Source: Parasitella parasitica NRRL 2501 (taxonomy: Eukaryota; Fungi; Mucoromycota). From it: a DNA stretch of 64,000 bases. The DNA lies in contig MU619239.1 in the NCBI GenBank assembly GCA_025201805.1, positions 161,681 through 225,680 on the forward strand, given 5' to 3'. This document shows positions 53,909 through 64,000 of this stretch, in pieces. Within the stretch, counting starts at the first letter, position 1. The number at the start of each line of letters is the position of its first letter. The notes beneath the pieces were generated by a model. That model was not told the DNA's origin. It was given only the letters and a program-made list of their open reading frames with translations, and ran no database searches. The position numbers and the translations under genes are program-made.

Positions 53909-55654
53909 AACTTTCACCCCTTCAGGCACTTGAAAACATCTGGAGCGCAATGCAACCTAACGGTTCCGATAAAAACAACGACAACGAAGCCGAATCAACC
54001 ATGTCAAAGGCTGTTTTGTATTTGAATTCTCAAACACAAGAAAAGTGGGATTTAGAGAACCCTACTTATGAAGAGAAGTTGAAAGATGCAGTGCTTATGG
54101 CAGCTGAGACCATTGTCTTTCTTGGTAAAAAATAAACTCGTATATTTTTTTATACTTCAGCTAACATTTATCTTTACCCTAGACATTGGACCAGCGGATG
54201 GAGAAGTTCAATATTGGGCAAAGAAATTCAGCAAAAGACCATTAGACACAAGACTGCTGTAATTATCTCTTATAATAGTGCTCTAGCAAATACTGACCCC
54301 TCCCCCTTTTTTTTCTAGAAATAGTCATATAATTGCATGGAAATCAATCAAAGATTCTCAGGTAACTGTCAACGGAAAGTTGGAGCCTCCTCCTAAGGGA
54401 GGTATCAGTTATGAATTTATGAAAGGGTATGAAATGCTGAACTCTCCTGGAGATGCTGATGTTGATCAGAAGACAGCCTCCATTTCGGCTGTCATGAAAT
54501 ATCTTTTCAAGGCGTTTATTACAAACTTCAAGAAAAACTACTACGACCAAAAATTCGAGGAAGTTTTCAACAGCGAAGAAACCGACAAGGTTATTATTGT
54601 GATACCAGTTCCTCACTATTACACTTCTGAAGACAAGAAGGCGATGTTGAAGGCAGCAGAAGATGCTGAGCTGAGCAAATATGGCAACGTGCTCCTTGAA
54701 GACTCACTTTATCTTTTAGCCCGTTATACTTTGGATTCTGCTGAAGGTAATCACACAATAAGGTGTCTTAACTTAGAGGCCAGCAAATTTGAAAGTATCG
54801 AAGTTAATTGTAATCATGACGGAGTTAAGAGGATCGAAAATGCTCACCAGCTTGGTGAAGGCTTCGTTGATATGGTCAAGGATATTGAAAGTCTTTTACG
54901 AAAAGAATGGCTGATATCTACTGTCTGCAATAAAGACTTGAAGCAAATTGCAAATGATGTCTTGATAGACTCTGTTTACATGGCCAATGGTACTGAAACT
55001 TGCTATATTGCTGATGAGGACCTTGAGGATGCTGTTAAAAAAGAGATGGATGATGACGAGGACAAGGACGAGTTTGTAGACACAAAGCAATCACAAATTA
55101 AGGCATTAGTCGATCACAGACACTATCAAATGTATAATATTTGCAGAGAAATCGGTGAGACGCAAGACTTCGAGAATCAGCTCAAAGCCAAACTCAAAGA
55201 GCACAAAGTTGTCTTCCAGAATAATTTCCCAGAGGACGTGGATGCTGAATTCAAGATATTTATGGCATCACCTGAAGCGCAGAAAACTATGTGGGAGTTA
55301 CTTGTAAGTTTTTCATTATGATTATTAAACAACATCTAAGTCAATTGTTTATAGCATGGAAATAAACTAAACAACGAAGAGGATATCGTTCTGTCAGACC
55401 GTAAAAGGGATGTTCTTATTAGTGGCGAAAGTATCCAAAAGTTTGTAGAGGACATAATACAAATGAAGTTCAAAAAAGATATTCTCGAAAAGGAATTCAA
55501 ACGTGGCAAAGAAGAATGTAAAATGGATTCTCTGCGTTTACATGGTATCTTGACAGGCGTTCACTACCTAAAGACCGATGATGATTTTTTTGTACAACAC
55601 TTGTCCTTGGCAACAACGTTTTTTGAACACTGCCCAGCCATCACTCCAGAATAA
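53890..55654 (+). CDS. Acidic ~531 aa protein, highly divergent Hsp70/actin-like NBD fold (exons 53890-54124, 54183-54258, 54319-55303, 55355-55654)
   Basis: Three GT-AG introns give a continuous frame. Ordered degenerate Hsp70 motifs: IVFLDIG, IIVIPVPHYYTSEDKKAMLKAAEDAEL, HQLGEGFVD, DVLISG. Confidence 0.7.
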
Positions 55655-55864
55655 AAAAAACAGCTACAAGAATTTGAACCTATGCATGTGTGAAAACAAT
55701 TATATGCACATGCACCTATGTTATCACAAAGTTTAAAAATTCAACCATGTAGACTGCTATTATCTGCCAAATAAATCTTATGTTCTATAAATCTCAAAAC
55801 AAGAGGCTATTTGTCTTGTATATTTCATTATACAAATATGAACTACTTTGTATCGTCTAGAGGA

Positions 55865-57775
55865 TTAGTGTTTGTTGTTTAAAAGAGGTTGACTTTCACC
55901 ATCTGCGCCACCCGCAAAGTGATGCTCAGGAGATGTAGACAAGGAAGTCTTGGGAACAGAACCATACGCAGGCTTCAAGTATGGCTCAACAACTTTTTTG
56001 CTGCTTGAAGAATCGGTAGAGTTTTCACGACTAAGACTAAGCTTGTTGTTATTGCCTTGGGTTTGACGCTTGTGAGCTGTCAATAAACGAGTTAATCTGC
56101 TATTTCGTCTGCTCTGAACTTGGCGACGCACGACTTTAATCTTGTTGTGCACTACAACAAAAAAAAAAAAAAAATTGAAATCAATCAATATACAGACTCG
56201 ACACAAATCTACTCTGCTTTACCATCAACATAAACGTCAGTTTCGTCAATAATTTCTTCGCCTATCAACTCTTCAATGACATCCTCAAGAGTGATCACAC
56301 CCAAGGCACCCCGGTGAGCTCCGGGATCTTCAGAAATCAAAGCCATATGACTTTTACCCTCTTGGAAAAAATTCAAGATATCAAGACAGCTAGTCTCAGG
56401 CCCAGTTTCAGGTAAGGTACTGAGCTGCAGATCTTTGACTGGAAGAGCGTCTTCAGGGTCATACGTAATTAAGCGCTTGGTCAGAAGCATACCCACAAAA
56501 TTGGCGTTATCTCCAGGAACGTGCACGGGAATGCGAGAATAACCCGCAAGTAAAATCTACGCAATAAATGCGGCCAGTCAGGGACATTTTTTTTTGGCTA
56601 TTGTATTTGGTAATTACTCTGTCTACGAGCTCCTCGTTCAAAATAGTTTCAGTCGAGAGGGTGAATACATCCGGAATAGGCGTCATGATTTGAGAGACTG
56701 GCTTTGATCTTAAATCGAGAACAGCACCGATAATCGTAACTTCGTCTTCGGTCAGTGCGTCAACGTCTGAAGGGTTGACTGATTGATGAAGAGACACAAG
56801 AGTTTTCAAACCTGACGAAATGCCGTTTAAACATGCTGCGAGACTAAAAGAAAATACACTCACCTGCTTTCTTGTAAATAGTGCCATGAGATTTACCCAA
56901 GAAAAAATCCAAAAGCAGAGCAGTAGGGTAAGCAATGGGGTACATGACATACATCAATGCAAGCACCATCCTAAAAAAAATAAATTACAATGTCAATACC
57001 GGTCAAGCAATATTTACACAGCCTTTGCTCGTCTTACCCTGAGGCCTTTGCACCGATTGCTAAACCGTAACGCACACAAATAGCTACACAAAGAAATTAG
57101 TCATCATTGCCTCAGTTAGCGTCTTGTTGTTTAAATTGCATACATTGTGGGATTACCCTAAAATGAAACATGTTAAGAGTGTGTTATTTCTAAAGAAGAA
57201 GAAAAAAGACTTACTCTCCAAAGATGACAATCAAAGCAGTAGAAATAACAACAGCTTTCCAGCCTCCCCCAAGCACACCGTCCAGAATAATAGGCAGAGT
57301 CTCATTGACGATAACATTGGATAAAAGCAAGGTAACCAAAACCCAGTGCTTTCCATGACTAAGTAACTTCAGCACCTGCTTTGCGTACTTTTTTTCTGAT
57401 TCTGTACCGGATTGAATAAGAACATGAAGGTTGGTTTCATCCATACCCATCAGACCAAGTGTCAGGCCTACAAAAGAGGAGAAAGAAAAAGTGCATGTAG
57501 GCGTCAATCAAACAGGTATCAGGCTATTGACTCTCTTTTTTCTTTATTGTTTTCATACCAGCAAATGCACCACCTGTCAAGACGAGCGCCATGATGATGG
57601 CTAGTTTCTCGTAAAACTCGGGAGAGCCATAATCAATTTCAGGTTCTGTGACAATAACCTCTGGGTTGGTATATTGACTCAAGGGATGGCCATAGATTGT
57701 CGAGGTGAGAGATATGGTTGCCAAAACGACAGTTCGTACAGAGCTCAAGTGGGCCGTGCTTTTTATACTGGGCAT
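55865..57775 (-). CDS. MAM3: CNNM/Mam3 family (DUF21 + CBS pair) metal transporter, multi-exon
   Basis: [97 protein letters not shown]. Confidence 0.95.
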
Positions 57776-58044
57776 TAAACGAATATGATTATTGAAAAGA
57801 AAAAAGAAAGTAAAGGAATCACTCTGAAATTACATTTCTTTTCCTTCTTCAAATGGCTAGTCCAAGGGTGGCGTCTCATTCCGGTAATAACAAGAAACCC
57901 ATGACTTCCCAAGTATTGGATATGTACGTAGTATAACGTTGCAGTGTACCGGTGCCAGCAATACTTATCAGCCGACAAAGATCGTAAATTTATAAAATCT
58001 AGCAAATTGTGATACAAACAAGGTTTCTATACAATTGTCCGTTT

Positions 58045-61000
58045 TTATTTCTGCAACAAATAAGCCAACCCATTGCAGAATACGTCGAGTTCTTCGACTC
58101 TTTTATCACGAATCATCTGCTTAAAACTAGATGTTTGACAGGACTCGGTCATAAACTGCAAAATAGTCTTTAGAACCTCTCTCAAAATTGTAGCGAACGG
58201 CCAAGTGTCAGAGACAATGCCGCCGTCCTTCTCCATTGGGTCGTAGCACTGTCGGTATAGCCCAACCATGCCTTCCAGACACGCGAACCGACTTTCTCCA
58301 TTGCTGATTATGTGCTTGATTTTCTCCAATATCCAATGTTCACACAGACTTTTCACAACAGTCGATCCAAACCGATCGGATATGAGCAATAAATCTATGA
58401 CGGCGCTCCAGCTCGTCGACGGCGCCAGCACTTGATCCACCAGCGATAAATCACATCTTGACACCTCGGCCTCTTCGTTTAATCGGTGAATTACATTTAT
58501 AAATAGCTCCAAACTGTGGAACGTTACATCATGCAATGGGATGGCTGCCAACTTGGATTCAGCGTAGTCTGCACTGAGCAATGCATCAAAAATAGGAGAC
58601 CGAGCTCGAAGCAGTTGTCGATTGCCAGATATAAACCTTCTGGGTGCTGCGTCGTCAGTTACAAATGACACCACTTGGAGGGACTGATCCAGTGGCATGT
58701 GGGTAGGCAGCAATATAGTCTCTCGGATGGATTCAGTCTCTACCTTCCAAACAACCTCAAACTCCAATGCTAGTGTTTCCAACACTTGAGCCGCAGCAAA
58801 TCGACGGAATGGTGTAATTAAGCTCAGCAAAGAATCGGCAGGTACGTGGTCCATCTGCTGCTTCGTGTCGCCACCGTCATCGTCTTGTTGCTCTTCTCCG
58901 TATTCAAGCTCATACACCAGCATCTGACAGAAAATGCCAAACGCGTGTTTGCTAATCACAATACTGCCATCCAAAACAGCGAGACCCAGGCTTTGATTCC
59001 AGTCCAATTCACTGCGAGATCCCATTGCAGCATACCCCACCGCAACCGCACACATTTCGTGTAGCTTGATGGCATCATGAGCTGTCTCGGTGAACTTGAA
59101 TAGACTCAAGAAATCATACATCTTCTTTTCAAACAAATCGTCGCAAACCAATCTGCGCCAGTATTCGTGCGATGTGCCTCGAACAGGATGCTGCAACATG
59201 GGCTGGAAGAAAGACGTAAATGCATCACTCAGCACTGTGAATTGTATATTGTCGTGTGTAATAAGCATGCGAACAGCACATCGTCTCAAGTGTCCAGCAC
59301 AGCGAAGATTAGGTGGCTCCTCTTCATGCTGTGGCACGGTTTCCTGGAGATCCTCAATATCCAGAGTAGCATTCGCGGTTAATATATTGTCTGTATCAGC
59401 ATTGTGCGCCACTTCAGTAGTTGCGGGTAGTAATTTCTCAGCAATATTATCTTGGTGCGTCGACAAGACGGTGGCGGTATTGGTGCTGTCTGGATCATCG
59501 CTACAGAAGGAGGTAGATGTGGTCAACTTGAACATACATTGTGGTTGATCCGGGCAGAACGCAGCAGTCAAGCACACCATCAGGCTGCAAAGGTTGTGCA
59601 GCGCTGTCTGATCTGTAATCATCTGCCGACCGCAGATTGGAATGACTGATAGCTGATCCAGTAACTGCGATGCTAATATGATGACTTGGTGATCTGATTT
59701 CAAGAATGCATTGATCTCCCCAAAACTTACCACCTTATCAGTATGATTCCTCCACGGAAATAACACTGATAACAAAACAGGTAAAATTGACAGCCTTGCA
59801 GGGGAGCTTTCTGTAGTAGTAGAGTACTCTTCGAAAAGCATTGTCATGTCTGCCGGCTCTTGCTTATTCACCGCGGTTTCATCTTTTTCGACTTTCTGAG
59901 CCGACAGGCTATTGTCCCAGCAGAGCCACATTCGCATTGAAGGTTCGTCATACTGAAAAGTGCTAGCCACCATCAAACAGCTAGCAATAACATGATTCCA
60001 GCCTTTCACGACATCGTTTTCGTTGATGCTAATTCTGCATGCCGTGTCTCGTTTTGCTTCTCTCAGCTGGACGGCCTCTTGCAGTAGCTTCATAACCATG
60101 GGAATCAGATTGCACTCGTCTCGTAGTTTTGTTCTGACAAAGGCTGTGCGACGAGAAAGAGCTGCAATAAAGCGACCGAAAAGGGCATAGACAGAAAGCA
60201 AGGATGCTGTTTTTTCAATAATTTCACCGCTCGGTATCAACGATACATTTACCAGCTGCAAAACCTGGCAGTCGACTAATCTTTCACAGGCGCGAGGCTG
60301 TTTGGAGATTGTTTCCAACGACACAAACGCACGCTTGGCCTTGTAGATACTGACAGATTGCTCGGCTGTCAACTCGTGCGCTTTTGTTAACGACACTGCT
60401 GTCAGCAGGCCTTGCTTGGCTATGTCTATAGTGGGCCCCCATACTAGAGACGAGATATTTGTCGAAGATGCCGCAAAACTGTGGATGGCATCGTCGTAAT
60501 GCAAAAAAAAGACAACCAGCTTTTGTATCCGTGAGCGCAAGCCAGATGTTTCCAGCTGATTTGCGTTCAGCAGAATGGTCAAGATGGATTTCAGGCACCA
60601 GGCAACACGGGCCGAGATGGTCTTGATAAAGGAAGGCGTGGCCAACTGCACATGCTGAATGAATGACTCCAGCAACAATACAAATAGATCCTGGTGCTGA
60701 TTGAGCATTTCTCCGTCTACTTGGTACCCTCTTTCCTCGACATCAATACACAAGTTGGTATGTAAAAGGGCGGACTGCGTGCCAACAATGCTTGCTTGCT
60801 CTGGCAAGATGGGCTGAGATACATATGCCATGATAAAATTGGTCAGGTTACAGACGGCTTGGTCTACATACTCGACCCAGTAATTGTACTGCTTGAGAAT
60901 GGGCAAAATGTCGAGTGAGATTTGGACAAGCTTTTTCATGATGCTCTTGTCTTGATCCAGCATGGCCGCTGTGAATACTGCTTTATTCATAGTACAACAC

Positions 61001-62128
61001 GTCCCACGAATCCATCGCTGCATACACAGCGCTAGTAGAGGCTGCCATGTTGCCCTTGATTTTTCCTCTGCAGTGTGTCCAGCTGCTGCTTGCGATATAG
61101 TAACACACTTTTGGACGATCGTTGTCAGTGAGTACACTAAGAGACGTTGGCCCTTTATCTTTGACGTTAAAGTGGCGTCATTCGCAAGCGAGTTGTAGTC
61201 GTGAAAGCACACTGCTTGCCAGACGGACAGCAGCTGACGAAAATGGTAAGATTCCGCAAACTTTAGCCGAGCTGCTGAAGGTTGCGAGGATACTTCATAC
61301 TTGAATAGTGACTCCAAAAGTCGACATACCATGACACACTGATCAAACTCGTTGCGATGCTGCGCTGCGTCTGTCACTGGCGGCTTCAACGATAGCACGT
61401 TCAGTAGATTGGGAATGCTAAACAGAGATTGCGACAAAGTGTCAAAGGCGTTCAAGTCGATCATATCCTTGGCGAAATACTGCAGTTGAGCCGTGAGCGC
61501 ACGAATACTGTAAATGCGGATCGGCAGAATGCAATCATGCGTCATTGCCAAAAGAGATTCGACACCTTGGCGATGTCTGATCTCGGCTATTATCTGTGCT
61601 GCTGCGGCCGAATCTGACAATGATTGGGCAGCAATGTCCTGCAGTAGCCCGCAGATGAATTTAACAGCACTCTGAATCTGTTGAGAGGCTTCGTCGTCTG
61701 TCAATTCTCTACGTGCCAACATGTCCACGATCCATCGAATGTTCGCTCCGAGTGAATGCAGTTGGACTCGCTCCGCTAAATGCAGCTTGATTGTGTGGGT
61801 GTATATGTAATCAAGACAGCGAACAAGTCGTCTGTGTGGCCACTGCTCGTTGTGGCTCTTGGAATAGCCGAGTAGCTTTCGCAGGGTGTAGTCAATTTCT
61901 TTTGTCGATGATTTTTTCAGCTGCGCCAAAAATCGAGCTGATGAAGACGAGTTGGGCTTTTGCAATGCTTGGTAAATACTTGTCAGGCTAACATGTTGTC
62001 TATGCTGCTGCTCTTTGGGCATTCTAGGGATAATGGAAAGAAAACACTTTTGTGAGTGCTTTCAAGCACAGCGGTTACTACATGTACTTGACCACTCGCG
62101 GTGACTTGAATGCAAGACCACACTCCAT
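58045..62128 (-). CDS. Large helical-repeat protein with C-terminal BTB/POZ domain (ARMC5-like architecture). Probable 41-nt first exon 62128-62088 plus a ~4 kb exon.
   Basis: 1325-codon ORF. BTB signature VSFV..ISGNRQLLRARSPIFDALLSADYAES..IPLHDV..LLLISDRF..LCEHWI. Intron 62087-62024 joins MECGLAFKSPRVVK in frame. Confidence 0.8.
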
Positions 62129-63615
62129 AAAAGGTTATCTGTCCATACGGCTGGTTTAGTCAGCCCAAAGGTTGGGACCAAAGGGCCGTCTTTAAGTGTC
62201 AACGTGTTTCTTGTGAGAGGCAGAGTGCAAAGTGGATATTCAAAGAAAGAGTAGTTGATGTGAAGCCTTGAAAGAAAATAGGTGCCCATAAGAAATTACG
62301 CTCCTGCAATGCTTGACCGGAAGGTGAGTAACAACTCTAACAGCGGCAGCATGCCAGCGTATGATTCTAGGTATCTATGTTTATACCTACTACTAAAGGA
62401 TTACTGTGATACTACTTGTTCAAGATTTCCTAATGATTTTGAATATCTGTATACTGTTGGTCCTTCTGAGATGGTGTTCGATTTCTTTACCAAGTTCGTT
62501 TTTCAACGTGTCACTCCAAAGCAAATAAATATTGCTAAATACTGATGCAAGTACTCAAATTGCATTGATATTTGAGGAAACTTTGATTACTTTTGCTACT
62601 CTGACTCAAAGTAACAAAATGCTATAGTCAAATGTGCAAGTAGCAGTGTAATTTAGCCTAATCGGTCTCAATGTTAGTGTTGGAGGAGGCCTCACTGAAC
62701 AATGCTGGCGATAGCAAGACTGTTTACGTTCCAATTGAAGTAGAAACAGCCATAAAAGTGCCGAAAAGGCCTACCAAGGTTTCATCAATATCAAGTTAAA
62801 CTAAAAATATTGAGTGGTACGACAATAACACCATCAGCACCATTGTCTAAAATATAACAGTGCAACTCATCGATTCTGTATGGCACCAATGATTCACATG
62901 TATTATCAATCGTCTAATCATCAGACCACGCCTTGCCACAATCCAATACTTAGCCAGCAATGATTAATTAGAACCAGCCCAGAACGCATGTACTGTATAT
63001 CATCAAATCGTATGCGTCATATATGCTCCAGCAATAAACTCACCTACATTATTTATAACCAAAATTCAAGCAGCATGATATTAATATACTCTGTCAAGCC
63101 TTGTTCAACACCACATGTAACCATATGTAGAGATCCACAAAGCTCAAGTCTAACTGCATCAAAGCCCACCATCAATGCTGCTTTACAATTGTATTTATCA
63201 CAAGATATCTATTCAAGTCATCTGCTATTAAATCATTATAGTTAAGGTTTATGAATACAGTATACCATAAGCTTCTTACATGTAAAGAAGTTTTGTTACC
63301 ATCTTACGATTTTGGTTTATTGTTGGCTCCTTATTTATTACTATGAACCCTGGGATCATCATTTGTTGAGGTTCGAGTCTTTGTTATTTTGAAATTACAG
63401 ATCCTCATTGTGTTTTACTATTTTCAACATCCCTACCACTATTATTTGTGGACTAAAGTGTGAACACGATTTAACGAGACTACAGTTAACAACTTGATCA
63501 AATACGAAAACTGTTAATCGATACTGCATCTGAATGATTGGAAAGATACATTAGATACAAATCTATTTCATAGCATTATACAGTACCGCGCTGCAGAGGT
63601 TTGAGCTATTGCTAA

Positions 63616-64000
63616 AAAGGCGTCTTTATTATTATATCAATACAAAAGACCAGTCTGATTGTTTGAAGTCTTTGATGTTATTGTTACCAATATCTGCCAT
63701 TATTATATAGTCTATCTGATTGTTAGTACTCCTATTTCATCTATGAATGAGCTCTGCTTTATTCCATGGATATTGATTCGTTCATTGTAGTATAATAGAA
63801 CTATCAGCTCATAAATGAGTCAAATGATATACTAAGAAACCATTGTGTAAAAATGAGATAGCATGGCGCTTTTATCCTTGTTAAGCCATCAGACCTCATT
63901 TACTTAAATATAAATAGAGAAAGATATTTTAAACAAACTATCATCATAAAAAAAATACCAACTACTAAGAAAAAGAAAAAAATGTCTGCAGAACAAGAAA
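63616..64000 (+). repeat. Duplicated promoter/5' block, copy B (runs off the window)
   Basis: Near-identical to 53523-53908. Confidence 0.97.
63982..64000 (+). CDS. Start of a second copy of the 53890 gene (MSAEQE..., truncated by the window edge)
   Basis: atgtctgcagaacaagaaa is identical to 53890-53908 and follows the duplicated promoter. Confidence 0.75.

Noticed and set aside
1-64000. CRISPR arrays, rRNA, prokaryotic operon or defence systems
   Set aside because: Eukaryotic spliced genes throughout. No regularly spaced repeats or rRNA-like sequence seen.

Overview
This is an intron-rich, AT-rich fungal genomic window. Gene content and short 50-100 nt introns suggest an early-diverging fungus, most likely Mucorales (inference). 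It holds about 21 protein-coding genes: catalase (partial), Old Yellow Enzyme, DENND6-like, FAM72-like, DHHC palmitoyltransferase, COG5, a CDKN3-like phosphatase, a divergent PABP, a CaaX-tailed unknown protein, DOHH/Lia1, Spa2-like, WDR24/Rtc1, kinesin-1, dynactin p150, mitochondrial SHMT, uL15m, CNNM/Mam3, an ARM-like/BTB protein and several hypotheticals. Non-coding stretches contain a diverged ~1.4 kb repeat (two tandem copies plus an inverted copy 42 kb away) and a decayed Tc1/IS630 transposase fragment. The most unusual item is a 4-exon gene (53890-55654). Once spliced, it reads as a full-length but motif-degenerate Hsp70/actin-fold nucleotide-binding domain with no substrate-binding domain. 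A second copy starts at the right edge of the window with a ~95% identical proximal promoter flanked by much older homology. All exon models and alignments were made by eye. No tRNA, rRNA or CRISPR array was found.
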